A stretch of DNA of 64,000 nucleotides, taken from positions 512,001 to 576,000 of the forward strand of contig OY775910.1 of NCBI GenBank assembly GCA_963675245.1, in the 5' to 3' direction. The DNA comes from Acholeplasmataceae bacterium. Lineage in GTDB: Bacteria > Bacillota_I > Bacilli_A > Acholeplasmatales > Acholeplasmataceae. The number at the start of each line of letters is the position of its first letter. The first letter of the stretch is position 1. Below the pieces are notes generated by a model. It made no database searches and was not told where the DNA came from. It saw only the letters and a program-made list of their open reading frames with translations. Made by a program: the position numbers and the translations under genes. This document shows positions 11,526 to 23,830 of this stretch, one piece after another.

Positions 11526-14500
11526 TAGCGGAACCCTCCTTTCGTAAATCTCGATGGATTGTTATTAACAAGTGATTTTTCTGCTTCATTTTCGCCAGTC
11601 GTTGCGTCAATTAATTCAACGTGCAATCCTAATGCTTGGAATTCTCTTGTTAAGACCCTAAATGATTCTGGGATGCCGGCTTGTGGAATTGGTTTACCAT
11701 GCGTAATGGCACTATAAACTTTATTTCTACCGAGCATATCATCAGATTTAACCGTTAACATTTCTTGTAAGGTATGTGCTGCACCGTAAGCATAGAGTGC
11801 CCAAACTTCCATTTCTCCGAAACGTTGACCACCGTTTTGGGCTTTACCACCCATCGGTTGTTGTGTAACGAGTGTATATGGACCAACAGCACGCGCATGA
11901 AGTTTATCGTCAACCATGTGTGACAGTTTAATCATGTACATGACACCAACAGAGATTCTGTTCTCATATGGTTCACCGGTACGTCCATCATATAATGTAC
12001 GTTTACCATCTGGTTCAAGACCAGCTTCACTCATAATCGATAATAAGTCTTCATCACTAACCCCATCAAATACTGGTGTCGCGATTTTAATGCCTAATTT
12101 TTTCGCAGCCATACCTAAATGAATTTCTAGGATCTGACCGATATTCATACGTGATGGTACCCCAAGTGGGTTTAACATGATGTCAATAGGTGTCCCATCT
12201 TCCATGTAAGGCATATCTTCACGTGGGAGAATTTTTGAAATAACCCCTTTATTACCGTGACGACCAGCCATCTTGTCACCTTCAGAAATCTTACGTTTCT
12301 TAGCAACATAGACACGGATGAATTCATTGACGCCGCTTTGGAGTTGATCACCATTCTTCTTAGAAAAATACTGAACAGATTGAACAACACCGCCACCACC
12401 GTGTGGGACGCGCATGGATGAATCACGGTATTCGCGTGATTTTTCACCGATGACTGCGTGAATAAGTTTTTCAGATGGTGTTGGTTCAAAGACACCCTTA
12501 GGTGTAATCTTACCAACTAAAATATCATTTTCTTTCACTTCAGAACCTGGAATAATAATACCGCGTTCATCAAGATTCTTAACGGCTTCATAACCAGCAT
12601 TTGGTACTTCACGTGTGATTTCTTCACGACCAGAGCCGCTCTTTAATTCACGTGTTTCAACTTCATATTCATCGATATGAATCGATGTATAAACGTCTTC
12701 TTTAACAAGGTCTTCACACATGATGACAGCATCTTCATAGTTATAACCTTCCCATGTCATGAACGCAACAGTAACATTTCTACCAAGTGCTAGTTCACCT
12801 TTGTTTGTTGAAGGACCATCTGCTAAGACATCTCCAGTATCAACGAACTCACCTGATTTAACAAGTGGTTTTTGAAGCACTAATGTATCTTGGTTAGAAC
12901 GCATAAAGTTTGTTAATTCATAAGTGACTGTATCACCCATACCATAATCTCTTAAGACTTTTGCACTCTCAAATGAGAAGCCTTTCTTAGGATCGTATAA
13001 AACATTGTTGCCGACGACAACACGTTCAGTTGGTTCTGGTGTGATTTCAATTCTCTTACCATCAGCATATGTGACATAGCCTGATACGTCAGATACAATA
13101 ACTGATCCAGAGTCTTTTGCTGCTCGGTATTCAATACCTGTACCAACGATAGGTGAATCTGTTTTAAGTAGTGGCACAGCCTGACGTTGCATGTTCGCAC
13201 CCATGAGTGCACGAGACGCGTCATCGTGTTCCAAGAATGGAATCGTTGATGTTGCGACCGATACGATTTGCTTTGGACTGACGTCCATAAAAGTAACTTC
13301 ATCAAGGTCAAACATAGATGTTTCACCACGATGACGACCGATGACTTTATCTTCAGTGATTTCACCATTTTCTGCCAAGTGAGTCGCAGCAGACGCGATG
13401 ATTTCATGATATTCTTCATCAGCAGTTAAGTATTTAAATTCTTGTGTAACCACAGGTCTATCTCCAGATTTATCAACAATCAAGTATGGTGTTTGAATAA
13501 AACCGTATTGATCCACTTTACCATAAGTAGCAAGTGAACTGATTAACCCGATAGATGGCCCTTCTGGTGTTTCAATTGGACAAATACGTCCGTAGTGAGA
13601 GTTATGTACGTCACGGACTTCAACGCCTGCACGGTCTCTTGCAAGACCACCGGTACCTAAAGCAGATACACGACGTTTTTGAGTTAACTCAGCTAGTGGG
13701 TTAATTTGATCCATGAATTGTGATAACTGTGAACTACCGAAGAATGTCTTAATCGCACCAGCAAGTGGCGTCATATTAATGATGTTTGACGGTGTCGCAT
13801 CCGCGAACGTCGTCGTTGACATCTTGTCTTTAATATTCTTTTCAGCTCTTGCAAGACCAATTCTAAATTGGTTCTTTAAGAGTTCACCAATAAGTCTTAA
13901 ACGACGGTTACCTAAATGGTCGATATCATCTGTCGCACCAAGACCTTCATATAAGTTTAAGTAGTAAGAGATGGATGCAACCACATCAGATAGCGTAATA
14001 TGTTCACGCATTTCACGTTGGTCGTTACCTAATACTCTAACCGTATAAATCTTATCTGTTTCTTCGTCCTTAACAGTGACGTCAATCGCTTCAACTAAAA
14101 CACCAGAACGTTCTTTTTCTTTCTCATGAAGGTCTCTACCATCAAAGAAATACTTAATGACTTTTTCATCTAACGCATTACGATTTCTACGTAAAACATT
14201 TAATGATTCTTCATTGATTTCTGTGTTCTTTGAAATAAGGATTTCGCCTGTTTTTAAGTTAACGATGTTTTCTTTCGCATATAATGCATCGCCACCATCA
14301 GGAAGATAAGTTGCTAAAATTTCTGCAGGTGGTTCGTTTTGAAGTGAATCTTCTTTAGAGATAACTTCAACGCGTAATGCATCGCGATGATCTTTTAAGA
14401 CATTGATGACGTCTTCTGTAATTTTTGTCTTTTCAGCAACAATCACTTGACCCGTTTTAGGATCAACGATATCTGTTGCTGTATATGTGCCTTCAATACG

Positions 14501-15352
14501 TGAAAGTACATCTAATTTTTTATTGAATTTATAACGACCAACAGCCGCTAAATCATAACGACGTTTTTCGAATAAACGCATTCTGACGAATTCACGTGCA
14601 GCATCTGCTGGCACTTTTTCGCCTTGTCTTAATTTTGAATATAAATCGATGATTGCTTCATCAGCATTTTTTGTATCATCTTTTTCAAAGGTAGAATCAA
14701 TATAGTTTGATTTACCAAAAATTTCATAAATATCTTTTTTCTTTTGAATACCTAAAGCACGCATTAAAGTTGTTAGAGGTACTTTTTTACTTCTGTCAAG
14801 CTTCGCATAGACAATACGTTTAGAACCAAGTTCATATTCTAACCATGCACCACGTGTTGGGATGATTTGCGCAGAATATTTAATCTGATTCATCTTCTTG
14901 TCCATTTCGCTCATGTAATAAGCGCCAGACGAACGAATAATCTGGGATACGACCACACGTTCAGCACCGTTAATGACAAAAGTCCCCGACGGTGTCATAA
15001 AGGGGATTTCACTCATTAAGATGACGTTCTCTCTAACTTCTCCGGTAATCGCGTTTTCGAGTTTAACTTTTGCAGAAAGCTGCTTAGCATAGTTAACATC
15101 TCTTAACTTCGATTCATTAATACCAAATTTTGGTTCGGTAAGGTAATGTTCTTCAAAATATAACTTTAAATCGCCGTTGTGACCTTCAATTGGCGAAATA
15201 TCTTGCAACAAACCCTTGATGCCCTCATCGATAAACCATTGGAATGATTTTGTTTGTATCTCGATCAGGTTCGGCAAATCAATGTCATAACGCATTCTTG
15301 AATAATTTCTACGTTCCGCTTTCTTGCCGTATTTCACATTCCGATATCCCAT
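11525..15352 (-). CDS. rpoB: RNA polymerase beta subunit
   Basis: [30 protein letters not shown]. Start moved to MGYRNV after AGGAG; TAATG coupling to rpoC. Confidence 0.99.
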   Translation of the reverse strand: MGYRNVKYGKKAERRNYSRMRYDIDLPNLIEIQTKSFQWFIDEGIKGLLQDISPIEGHNGDLKLYFEEHYLTEPKFGINESKLRDVNYAKQLSAKVKLENAITGEVRENVILMSEIPFMTPSGTFVINGAERVVVSQIIRSSGAYYMSEMDKKMNQIKYSAQIIPTRGAWLEYELGSKRIVYAKLDRSKKVPLTTLMRALGIQKKKDIYEIFGKSNYIDSTFEKDDTKNADEAIIDLYSKLRQGEKVPADAAREFVRMRLFEKRRYDLAAVGRYKFNKKLDVLSRIEGTYTATDIVDPKTGQVIVAEKTKITEDVINVLKDHRDALRVEVISKEDSLQNEPPAEILATYLPDGGDALYAKENIVNLKTGEILISKNTEINEESLNVLRRNRNALDEKVIKYFFDGRDLHEKEKERSGVLVEAIDVTVKDEETDKIYTVRVLGNDQREMREHITLSDVVASISYYLNLYEGLGATDDIDHLGNRRLRLIGELLKNQFRIGLARAEKNIKDKMSTTTFADATPSNIINMTPLAGAIKTFFGSSQLSQFMDQINPLAELTQKRRVSALGTGGLARDRAGVEVRDVHNSHYGRICPIETPEGPSIGLISSLATYGKVDQYGFIQTPYLIVDKSGDRPVVTQEFKYLTADEEYHEIIASAATHLAENGEITEDKVIGRHRGETSMFDLDEVTFMDVSPKQIVSVATSTIPFLEHDDASRALMGANMQRQAVPLLKTDSPIVGTGIEYRAAKDSGSVIVSDVSGYVTYADGKRIEITPEPTERVVVGNNVLYDPKKGFSFESAKVLRDYGMGDTVTYELTNFMRSNQDTLVLQKPLVKSGEFVDTGDVLADGPSTNKGELALGRNVTVAFMTWEGYNYEDAVIMCEDLVKEDVYTSIHIDEYEVETRELKSGSGREEITREVPNAGYEAVKNLDERGIIIPGSEVKENDILVGKITPKGVFEPTPSEKLIHAVIGEKSREYRDSSMRVPHGGGGVVQSVQYFSKKNGDQLQSGVNEFIRVYVAKKRKISEGDKMAGRHGNKGVISKILPREDMPYMEDGTPIDIMLNPLGVPSRMNIGQILEIHLGMAAKKLGIKIATPVFDGVSDEDLLSIMSEAGLEPDGKRTLYDGRTGEPYENRISVGVMYMIKLSHMVDDKLHARAVGPYTLVTQQPMGGKAQNGGQRFGEMEVWALYAYGAAHTLQEMLTVKSDDMLGRNKVYSAITHGKPIPQAGIPESFRVLTREFQALGLHVELIDATTGENEAEKSLVNNNPSRFTKGGFR

Positions 15353-15472
15353 GTTCCACACTCCTATCATTTCTAGAAAATCACGTCACATAACCGATTA
15401 AATTATATATTAAAACCATTATTATGCATTTTAATATATTATCACAAAGTATGCAACAAGTCAATCACTTTT

Positions 15473-16063
15473 TTACTTTTTAGCTAAAAGAACCCAATAT
15501 CCCTTTGTTTTTGTCACAATTTCACAGTTTCCAAAAATTTCTTCAAGTTTTGCTACCGATGATGGTGCACCTTGCTTTTTTTGAATAACGACATATAAAG
15601 AACCACCATCACCTAAGTGGTTATATGATTCCTCATAGATTTTAAAAACCGTATCTTTACCCGCTCTAATTGGTGGGTTTGTAACAATTAAATCAAATGT
15701 TTCCGTAATACTGTCAAACACGTCACTAATGGCTGTTTTTGCATTAGAAATTTTATTGTTTTTTATATTCATATCAACAAGCGCTATAGCACGTTCATTG
15801 ACATCAACTAACGTCACATCTACATTCTCATTATAAGATGCAATAAACAGCCCAATTGGGCCATAACCACACCCTAAATCAAGGGCTTTCTTGACGTTAT
15901 CCAAATCAATATAATCCAATAAAACACGTGTGCCGAAATCGATATAATTCCGACTAAAAACACCACGATCCGTGGTTAGTATTAAACGCACACCACGCAA
16001 CTCAAGTTTGACGTTTTGATAACCGTGTTCAAGACTTTTATCTGTTGTAAAATAGTGGCTCAT
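15473..16063 (-). CDS. Class I SAM methyltransferase (YbxB/RsmC-like)
   Basis: MSHYF start, LDLGCGYGPIG, TNPPIRAGK; conserved position between rplL and rpoB. Confidence 0.9.
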   Translation of the reverse strand: MSHYFTTDKSLEHGYQNVKLELRGVRLILTTDRGVFSRNYIDFGTRVLLDYIDLDNVKKALDLGCGYGPIGLFIASYNENVDVTLVDVNERAIALVDMNIKNNKISNAKTAISDVFDSITETFDLIVTNPPIRAGKDTVFKIYEESYNHLGDGGSLYVVIQKKQGAPSSVAKLEEIFGNCEIVTKTKGYWVLLAKK

Positions 16064-16132
16064 AAAAAGTCCCCCAATAACAGCGAAAAAACCCAAGAGT
16101 AGTCCCTGGGTTGTTTACGCTAGTTAAGTCGC

Positions 16133-16507
16133 TTATTTAACTTCAACAGTAGCTCCAGCATCCTGAAGTTGTGTCTTAAGTTCTTCCGCTTCTTCTTTGC
16201 TGACTTTTTCTTTAATCACTGCATCAGCAGTTTCTGTTAATTTCTTAGCATCTGCTAAACCAAGACCAGTTACTGCACGTACAACTTTAATAACTGCGAT
16301 CTTGTTATCGCCAAATGTCTTAAGGATTACATCAAATTCTGTTTGTTCATCAGCTGCTGCTGCGCCTGCGCCAGCTGCTGGTGCTGCTGCGACTGCAGTT
16401 GGGTCAATACCGAATTCTTCTTTTAATCCATCTACTAAATCTTTGATTTCGAGTAATGTCATCTCTTTAAGAGATGCTACAAATTCTGCTTTTGTAAGTT
16501 TTGCCAT
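16133..16507 (-). CDS. rplL: 50S ribosomal protein L7/L12
   Basis: Ala-rich hinge, [24 protein letters not shown]. Confidence 0.98.
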   Translation of the reverse strand: MAKLTKAEFVASLKEMTLLEIKDLVDGLKEEFGIDPTAVAAAPAAGAGAAAADEQTEFDVILKTFGDNKIAVIKVVRAVTGLGLADAKKLTETADAVIKEKVSKEEAEELKTQLQDAGATVEVK

Positions 16508-16527
16508 GATATGGTTCCTCCTATTTT

Positions 16528-17016
16528 TTAAGCTTCTTCACTAATCATGTGAAGGCCAACCGTTAGTTCTCTAACTGGTGTCAATAATCCTACTGCTAAC
16601 ATTGTTAACATCGTTTCGTATGATGGTAATGTAGCCAATTCATTGATTACATCTAATGATGCAACCTTTCCTTCAACAACGCCAGATTGAATAGCAACTT
16701 GTTTGTTTTCCTTAGCAAATTCGTAAACGATCTTTGCAGGAGCAACAACATCTTCATAACTCAACGCGATAGCTTTCGCACCAACTAATGTGTCTGCGAA
16801 CGCATCATATCCAGCCGCGATTGAGGCACGACGTGAGATGTTGTTCTTGTAGATTGCCACTTCACAGTCAGCTTCTCTTAACGCAGTTCTGAGTTTTGTA
16901 AAAGCTTCAACTGTTAATCCTGGGTAATCAAAGGCAACGACCGTTTTGGCACGACCAAGCTTTTCAGCTAGGACTTCTACCTGTTCGGCTTTACGTTTAA
17001 TCATTTCTTTTTGCAT
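16528..17016 (-). CDS. rplJ: 50S ribosomal protein L10
   Basis: DYPGLTV, YKNNI, LATLPS; start MQKEM after AGGAGG. Confidence 0.97.
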   Translation of the reverse strand: MQKEMIKRKAEQVEVLAEKLGRAKTVVAFDYPGLTVEAFTKLRTALREADCEVAIYKNNISRRASIAAGYDAFADTLVGAKAIALSYEDVVAPAKIVYEFAKENKQVAIQSGVVEGKVASLDVINELATLPSYETMLTMLAVGLLTPVRELTVGLHMISEEA

Positions 17017-17029
17017 CGTATGCCTCCTT

Positions 17030-17130
17030 GAAAAAATCTCTCTTATGCCACAAGACAAAAGAGAGAAATTAATTAAATTTCACCTCGGTAGGAAATTAAG
17101 CTTTCGCACCCACTGTCTTTGGCATCTTAA
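17030..17130 (-). promoter_or_regulatory. L10 leader (ribosomal protein leader/attenuator)
   Basis: AAGACAGUGGG-...-CUUAA-...-CCUACCGAGG core followed by a UCUCU...AGAGA hairpin and U-tract before the rplJ RBS. Confidence 0.8.
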
Positions 17131-17144
17131 AATTTGTTTTTTTA

Positions 17145-17846
17145 TTAAGCGTGGAAGTTCTTTAATGAATCTTCGTCTACGCGAACACCAGGTGCCATAC
17201 TTGATGTCACTGTGATGTTTTTAATGTAAGTCCCTTTAACTGTTGATGGTTTAATTTGAACCAAACGATGATAGAGAGCTACAAGGTTTTCAGCTAATTT
17301 ATTAGCATCAAATGATACACGACCGATTGGCGCATGAATGTTACCAACCTTGTCAACACGGTATTCAATTTTACCGTTTTTAATTTCATGGACTGCTTTT
17401 TCAACATCCATAGTCACTGTTCCAGTTTTAGGGTTTGGCATTAAACCTTTAGGTCCTAGTAAACGTCCAAGTTTACCAAGTTGTGACATCATATTAGGTG
17501 TCGCAACGATGACATCAAAGTCAAACCAACCGCCTGCAATTTTATCGATGAGTTCTTTATCACCGACATGATCTGCACCAGCATCAGTCGCTTGTTTCGC
17601 TTGCTCACCTTGAGCAATAACGACAACACGATTGACTTTACCGGTTCCGTGAGGTAATACGAGCGCACCTCTTAAGTTTTGTTCCGCTTGTCTTGGATCA
17701 AGATTTAGGCGGAATGCCGCTTCAACGGTTGCGTCGAATTTCACGAATGACGTCTTCTTAACTAGATCAACGGCTTCGTTCACAGCATAATGATTGAATT
17801 TTTCAATCAGCTTTGCTGCTTCAACGTATTTCTTTCCTCGTTTCAT
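17145..17846 (-). CDS. rplA: 50S ribosomal protein L1
   Basis: [15 protein letters not shown]. Confidence 0.98.
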   Translation of the reverse strand: MKRGKKYVEAAKLIEKFNHYAVNEAVDLVKKTSFVKFDATVEAAFRLNLDPRQAEQNLRGALVLPHGTGKVNRVVVIAQGEQAKQATDAGADHVGDKELIDKIAGGWFDFDVIVATPNMMSQLGKLGRLLGPKGLMPNPKTGTVTMDVEKAVHEIKNGKIEYRVDKVGNIHAPIGRVSFDANKLAENLVALYHRLVQIKPSTVKGTYIKNITVTSSMAPGVRVDEDSLKNFHA

Positions 17847-17861
17847 ATGTTTCCTCCAAAA

Positions 17862-17890
17862 TGTGGTCTAGCGGGATATCCTCCCACAAT
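17862..17890 (-). promoter_or_regulatory. Putative L1-binding RNA site before rplA
   Basis: UGUGGGAG-GAUAUC-CCGCUAGACCACA stem with an asymmetric internal loop next to the RBS. Confidence 0.65.
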
Positions 17891-17912
17891 TTAGACAGCT
17901 AATGATCTAAAT

Positions 17913-18338
17913 TTAGTCTTTTACTGCAATACCCATATTACGCGCTGTACCTTCAACAATCTTAGCTGCTGCTTCTACGGTATAAGCGTTTAAATCAGGC
18001 ATTTTTCTTTCTGCGATCTCATTAATTTGCGCTTTTGTTAAAGTTGCGACTTTATTCTTTAATGAATTGTCTGATCCTTTTTGGATGTTTGCCGCTTTCT
18101 TTAATAGATCGCTCACTGGTGGCATCTTAGTTACAAACGAGAATGTACGGTCATCGTATACTGAGATAACGACTGGTACAACGAATCCCATTTGATCCTT
18201 CGTTGCTTCATTAAATTGAGAACAAAATGCTTGGATATTAACCTGAGCTTGACCAAGTGCTGGACCAACTGGTGGCGCTGGGTTTGCTTTCCCTGCTTGG
18301 ATCTGCAATTTAAGAACACGAACTACTTTTTTTGCCAT
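17913..18338 (-). CDS. rplK: 50S ribosomal protein L11
   Basis: [15 protein letters not shown]; start MAKKV after AGGAGG; promoter TTGACA-17-TAGAAT at 18446-18418. Confidence 0.98.
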   Translation of the reverse strand: MAKKVVRVLKLQIQAGKANPAPPVGPALGQAQVNIQAFCSQFNEATKDQMGFVVPVVISVYDDRTFSFVTKMPPVSDLLKKAANIQKGSDNSLKNKVATLTKAQINEIAERKMPDLNAYTVEAAAKIVEGTARNMGIAVKD

Positions 18339-18366
18339 GCACACAACCTCCTTCTTTTACATAAGT

Positions 18367-18393
18367 ATGTGGTATGAATCACTTCTTCCACTA
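18367..18393 (-). promoter_or_regulatory. Putative L1-binding RNA site before rplK
   Basis: GUGGAAG-AAGUGAUUC-AUACCAC, similar to the site before rplA. Confidence 0.5.
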
Positions 18394-18502
18394 TGGTGTG
18401 CTTTCACACGCGAATATATTCTATCATTAAGGGTGGGGGTTGTCAATGAAAAAAGACATTATTGTCAAAAAAAGAGGTTCTCCTTAAGAGAACCCCCATT
18501 TA

Positions 18503-20716
18503 CTAGCCAATATAACCCCAAATAACCGGTCTTGCACTTGGATTCCAATTCACATGCCAACTTACTGGTTGTGAACTTGCTCTCGCATAAATGGTGATTG
18601 CTGAAGCATCTAAAAATGCGTTATCTCCCATATTTATCACTGTGTTAGGAATAACAATAGATACCAAAGAAATCGTTTGTCTAAACGCATTCTCGCCAAT
18701 CGTCATTAGTTGGCTTTCGGACTCTAATGTGAATGATGCCATATTGATAGCGCCATAAAATGCATAAGCACCTATTAACGTTACACTATTTGGTAAATCA
18801 AAACTTGTTAATGCATTTGCACTATAAAACGCATAGTCTCCAAGCATTTCTAATTGACTGTCCGCTTCAAACGCAAATGTTGTCATATGTGATGTGTATG
18901 AAAATGCAAAATCTCCAATCGTTGTCACACTTGCAGGAACAGTAAATGTCACGAAATCACAACTACTAAAAGATGAATATCCGATACTATCCAGTTGACT
19001 GTCTGCGTCAAACGTGATTTCGGTTAAATCGGTACCTGAGAATGCACTGCTACCAATGGATTGAACTGTGCTTGGTATTAATATGGATGTTATTCCGGTA
19101 CCCACAAAAGCTTCATCACCAATCTCTGTAATTCCATGATTTAATGTGATGTTTGAAATGGTATTTGCGTTTAAAAATGCTTGATCACCAATAGTTGTTT
19201 CATCTGTAATGATGACCGTGTTAAGCAACTCAGGAATAAAGTAATTATTTGCTGGATAACTACCAAACGATTCATCTCCAAAGATATATTCTAAATGACC
19301 GAATTGTGCTGAATAACTACTTCCATCTCTCACTCTTCCAACAAAAGGTAACGTGATAGATGTTAGACTACCCATGCCTGCAAAAGCACCAAATTCAATT
19401 GTTTGAACGCTGTTTGGTATGACTAAAGATGCGATAGATATATCCATGTTAAACGCATATTGTCCAATGTGTTGCAATTGTGAGTTTTCTTCGAATGTCA
19501 CAGATGATAAATTAATCGTATATGCAAGTGCATAATTACCAATATATAGAACTGTATTAGGAATAACAATCTCAGATAATCCAGCACAATGTATAAAGGC
19601 TGATGCTTCTATATTTACCAGTTGTGATCCTGTTTCAAGAGAAACAGCATCAGCTTTGTTAACATCATAAAAAACTTCAGAACCTAATGTTTTAGTGGTT
19701 GCTGGAATGACAAAATCTTCTATATTAGTGGCTTGATAAAAAGCTTGTGTACCAATTTCTTCTAATTGTGTTCCTTCAGCAAACACAACATTGACCAATT
19801 TGCTATTTTGGTAGAATGCTCTACTGCCAATCTTTTTAACATTCGCTGGAATCAATACGGATTCTATGATTGTATTATTTGAAAAGGCTTCTTGTCCAAT
19901 TTCTGAAACCGGATATCCATTATAGACGTTGGGTATTTCTACATAACGATCATTACCCATATAACTGACCAAGTAATAGGATTGGCCATCTGAATTAACA
20001 GCAAACTCAAAATTCCCGGTTTGTTGTATCGTCAAATCGGTATAACCTGCAAAAACACCTGTATCGATATCACCTATCCACCAATTGCCATTATTTCCGA
20101 TAAAAGGCGTTAAACCGTTTATACCATCTGTACCATCAAAACCGTTTGCTCCGTTCACGCCATCAATACCATCAGCACCGTCAACTCCAGGATCACCTTG
20201 AGCACCAATTAAATCCTCAATCGCATACAAATTCACCCAAATGGAATCTCCAACGAGTTGCCATTGAATGTATCCTTCAGCGACTCTTAATGCAACATTC
20301 TTTCCGTCATTGCCTTGAATGGATTCAAGCCAATCCTCGTATGTTCCTGTGACTAAATTCGCCTCAAAACCTAGCAGATAAATTTGTTCCATGGTTGCGT
20401 CTAATTCACTCACTAAAGAAATGGTTAATTCGGTTGATAAACCTTCATAATAAACCGTCAAATCATGCACACCAACTATTGAAAGTAGCGCTAAATCATT
20501 CGTGCTTAAAAGATCTTCCGATAGCATTACTAAGTCATTTGATCCATCCGAATAATGAACAACCAACTGAATGTTTTCTAGTTCAAATTCATCTATCATA
20601 TATGTATCCAATACCGTGGCATCATTGACTACAATAGATTCAATAACTGTTTCTTCACTACATCCAGACACAACAAACAACAATAAAAACACCAACAATA
20701 TAAACATTCTCTTCAT
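18503..20716 (-). CDS. BspA-type leucine-rich-repeat surface lipoprotein with a short collagen-like segment
   Basis: Lipobox VSGC; G-x-x repeats (GAQGDPGVDGADG); PFIGNNGNWWIG motif; many IPxxVxxIGxxAF repeats. Confidence 0.9.
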   Translation of the reverse strand: MKRMFILLVFLLLFVVSGCSEETVIESIVVNDATVLDTYMIDEFELENIQLVVHYSDGSNDLVMLSEDLLSTNDLALLSIVGVHDLTVYYEGLSTELTISLVSELDATMEQIYLLGFEANLVTGTYEDWLESIQGNDGKNVALRVAEGYIQWQLVGDSIWVNLYAIEDLIGAQGDPGVDGADGIDGVNGANGFDGTDGINGLTPFIGNNGNWWIGDIDTGVFAGYTDLTIQQTGNFEFAVNSDGQSYYLVSYMGNDRYVEIPNVYNGYPVSEIGQEAFSNNTIIESVLIPANVKKIGSRAFYQNSKLVNVVFAEGTQLEEIGTQAFYQATNIEDFVIPATTKTLGSEVFYDVNKADAVSLETGSQLVNIEASAFIHCAGLSEIVIPNTVLYIGNYALAYTINLSSVTFEENSQLQHIGQYAFNMDISIASLVIPNSVQTIEFGAFAGMGSLTSITLPFVGRVRDGSSYSAQFGHLEYIFGDESFGSYPANNYFIPELLNTVIITDETTIGDQAFLNANTISNITLNHGITEIGDEAFVGTGITSILIPSTVQSIGSSAFSGTDLTEITFDADSQLDSIGYSSFSSCDFVTFTVPASVTTIGDFAFSYTSHMTTFAFEADSQLEMLGDYAFYSANALTSFDLPNSVTLIGAYAFYGAINMASFTLESESQLMTIGENAFRQTISLVSIVIPNTVINMGDNAFLDASAITIYARASSQPVSWHVNWNPSARPVIWGYIG

Positions 20717-20786
20717 TTATAAACCCTCCTTTATATCAAAAGAAAAAAGGCTGAGTTTTATTATCCTCAGCCTCTGTTAAAGTGTC

Positions 20787-21143
20787 TTATTTAATTTTCG
20801 CACCAAATGGGAATAATGCCAGTATAGCTAACTTAAACCATTGCAGCCCAAAGGGAATACCGATGATCGTCATACAATAGAAAACACCAACACCAATATA
20901 GAGAATAAATGTTTCCCAACCACCGATGATAATCCAAATAATATTCATAATCGAATGTTTACCAAAATCGGATACGACATCGGATCCAAATGGCCATAAA
21001 ACAAATCTTGAGAACTTAAAGAATTGTAGACCAAACGGAATACCAATAATGGTGGCACATAACACCAATCCGACAACAAACCACGCTAGTGCCGCCAACA
21101 ATCCTCCAAAAAGAACCCAAATTAAATTGCCAATTAATCTCAT
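20787..21143 (-). CDS. YccF-domain inner membrane protein
   Basis: Duplicated NxIW...CxTIIGIPFGLQxFK...PFG. Confidence 0.9.
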   Translation of the reverse strand: MRLIGNLIWVLFGGLLAALAWFVVGLVLCATIIGIPFGLQFFKFSRFVLWPFGSDVVSDFGKHSIMNIIWIIIGGWETFILYIGVGVFYCMTIIGIPFGLQWFKLAILALFPFGAKIK

Positions 21144-21179
21144 ATATCCACCATCGTTTTCTTTTATCTTATCACATCA

Positions 21180-22904
21180 TTATCCAATTAACGTATATCT
21201 TATCACAAATGGTGTAGCTGGATATCCCATACTCTTATTAAAGTGTATAAAATATTGTCCTTGTTCCAAATACAATATGATTGAATGATTATTTTCACCA
21301 AGGAACAAGTTTACATGCTCTATGGTTGTTGTTTCTAAAGGAAAGTATAATACTGCATTAAGGGGTTGTTCATATAAGAGATAGTCAACTTCGATAAGAT
21401 ATGTTCCAGATGTAGGTACATCAAAATTTATTCTTTGTTTTAAGTCATAGGAAATAAATATTTGATCATAATTTTCTGTGAGTTCCAGAAAATCACCATC
21501 ATAATTATGAACATCATAATATGTACTTCGAATAATTTGGATTGTACCTTCATTCACTTGATCATTTAAATTCCTAAGATATAATGAATCTCCACTATGC
21601 AAGAGTAAATCATAATATCTCTCATCGTTGTAAAGATATGCGTATACATCCTCTGGGTAAAATGCATCTCTACTCACCAATAAGTCGGTATTTTCACATA
21701 AATCGTATATAATAACCAATTGTGTTTCATCATAATTGTGTGAAAATCTAACATAATCATAATATCCATCTAAACGATAATCATACGATTCAATACTCTC
21801 TAAACTAATGTTTTCATGGGTTTTGAAAGCTTCTTCTTCGTCCTTGCTAATCATAAAATAAGTTTCTGTGAAAGAGTTCAAATTGACTTCAACATAGTAA
21901 ACGCCTGATGATGGGATTTTAATACCACTTCTAATTCCAAATACTCCAAGAACATCAATTGGAATGTTGGGATTAGCGTCTGAGTAAAATCTTGGAACAA
22001 CATTATAATCATTTGATTCCACTTGATAATAACCTTCATCTAAATAAATGCAATAATATACATGGCCGTAATAATCATAAGGATTTTTGCTAAGATCAAT
22101 CTTTTGATCTAATTCAATGTTTTCTGCCCGTGAAATACTGCTGTTATCTAGCATTATAAACCTTTGCTCATTGTTTACTTCTATTGGTGATTCACCTGGA
22201 GTAAGTCTAGAGATAATTTCTATCTCAAAAGTGTCAGTAACTGTGATTTCTCCTTGAATAGCATCAATATGAGTATATTCTAAATCACACACGGTTTTAA
22301 TTGAGATTTGAATATGTCCATCAAAATTAAACTCTAAAGTTGTATCCGAATTCATAAGTTTATATAGTGTTTCATCATCAACACCATTAAGAATTTGATC
22401 ATACTCTTTGAAGATATCTATTTCAAGAAGTTTGGAAAGTTTCATCCGTGATTCATATGTATTATTATCAATTTTACGAAGATTGGGTAACTCGAACCTA
22501 ACTTGTCCAATGACATCTTCTTTCGTGATTAGATTTAAATCTAATAATTCTTTTTCACTTATCTCTTCTGATAAATATAGTTTATCTTCATCATATTCTT
22601 CATTTAAATAAGTTTTATAATATTTATCGTTTTCATCTGCATAAACAATATAACTACTTTCTCTATCTTCCATATATATATAAAACGGATCAATTCCCAT
22701 TTCAAACTGTTTTGATGTCGTAATTGTATATCCTGCAAACCTTGTTGAAATCTCTTGATAAACATAAAGAACATTTTGTTCCATAATTTGAAGTTCCATT
22801 GAGGTTATATCATCTTGTAATTCTCTTACTGCAATACCTGTGCAACTAAATAAAGTTAAAACAAGTATAAAAGATATACAAAGTAACAATATTTTCTTAG
22901 CCAT
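21180..22904 (-). CDS. Hypothetical lipoprotein
   Basis: Lipobox LFSC; Tyr/acidic-rich repeats predicted to be beta-rich; no family recognised. Confidence 0.7.
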   Translation of the reverse strand: MAKKILLLCISFILVLTLFSCTGIAVRELQDDITSMELQIMEQNVLYVYQEISTRFAGYTITTSKQFEMGIDPFYIYMEDRESSYIVYADENDKYYKTYLNEEYDEDKLYLSEEISEKELLDLNLITKEDVIGQVRFELPNLRKIDNNTYESRMKLSKLLEIDIFKEYDQILNGVDDETLYKLMNSDTTLEFNFDGHIQISIKTVCDLEYTHIDAIQGEITVTDTFEIEIISRLTPGESPIEVNNEQRFIMLDNSSISRAENIELDQKIDLSKNPYDYYGHVYYCIYLDEGYYQVESNDYNVVPRFYSDANPNIPIDVLGVFGIRSGIKIPSSGVYYVEVNLNSFTETYFMISKDEEEAFKTHENISLESIESYDYRLDGYYDYVRFSHNYDETQLVIIYDLCENTDLLVSRDAFYPEDVYAYLYNDERYYDLLLHSGDSLYLRNLNDQVNEGTIQIIRSTYYDVHNYDGDFLELTENYDQIFISYDLKQRINFDVPTSGTYLIEVDYLLYEQPLNAVLYFPLETTTIEHVNLFLGENNHSIILYLEQGQYFIHFNKSMGYPATPFVIRYTLIG

Positions 22905-23007
22905 AAATAATTCCCCGCGATTATCTTTTAACTAATTATATCATATTAAAATTCGTGAAAGTTACATGTTTATAAATATAAAAAAAAAGAACCCTTATCA
23001 GGATTCT

Positions 23008-23703
23008 TTAAAATGTGCACTCACCTTCATCTGTACAGGTTTCACCTTCACCCATCGTTTGGATTGGGTTTTCTTCTGTCCAAATTTGCCGTAACGCTTG
23101 TAAGAAATAATCTGTTTGTTGTGCACCAGATACACCATATTTTCTGTTAATCACGAAGAATGGGACACCTTGAACACCAATTTGCCTACCTTCATCCATT
23201 TGATCCTTGACAGCATCACCGTATTTGCCTGATTCAAGGACATCTTTCGCTTCTGTTTCATCAAGTCCTACCTCTACTGCAAGTTTAACTAAAGTGTCAA
23301 TATCAGCTAAATTAAGGCCATCTGTGAAGTAAGCTTTCATTAAACGTGATGTGAGTTTATCTTCTAACCCTTTTTCGTTTGCAAGTTTCGCTAAGCGATG
23401 GGCATCAAATGTGTTCGTCATTTGAATGATATCGTAATTGTATGTTAGACCTACTGTTTTAGCGTTTTGAGCAAACATCTGAAATCTTTGTTTCGCATCG
23501 GCTGGACTCATACCATGTCCTTCTGCAAACGCCTCATGAGCAGATTTTGTCATCACCTTTGGTGCATAAGGATTTAATTGATATGCTTTATAATCAATTT
23601 CTATTTGATCTTTGTGTTCGAATTGACTTAACGCTTGTTCGAATCTTGTTTTACCAATATAACAAAACGGACAAGCAAAGTCTGACCATATTTCTATTTT
23701 CAT
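23008..23703 (-). CDS. DsbA-family oxidoreductase (FrnE-like)
   Basis: WSDFACPFCYIG, GVPFFV, SGAQ, C-terminal CxxxxC. Confidence 0.92.
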   Translation of the reverse strand: MKIEIWSDFACPFCYIGKTRFEQALSQFEHKDQIEIDYKAYQLNPYAPKVMTKSAHEAFAEGHGMSPADAKQRFQMFAQNAKTVGLTYNYDIIQMTNTFDAHRLAKLANEKGLEDKLTSRLMKAYFTDGLNLADIDTLVKLAVEVGLDETEAKDVLESGKYGDAVKDQMDEGRQIGVQGVPFFVINRKYGVSGAQQTDYFLQALRQIWTEENPIQTMGEGETCTDEGECTF

Positions 23704-23830
23704 GATAAATACCTCCTATTTGGTTCGACATTATTATAACACCGACTTTTTATAACATGATTAATTTTGCTTAAATTTTTGCGTTTATTTAACTATTATA
23801 TTCAAAGTAAAGCGCCAATGGCGCTTAACC

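Noticed and set aside
18503..20200. Repeats in the BspA gene as a diversity-generating or shuffling system
   Set aside because: Repeats are at protein level and diverged in DNA; no template repeat, reverse transcriptase or invertase.
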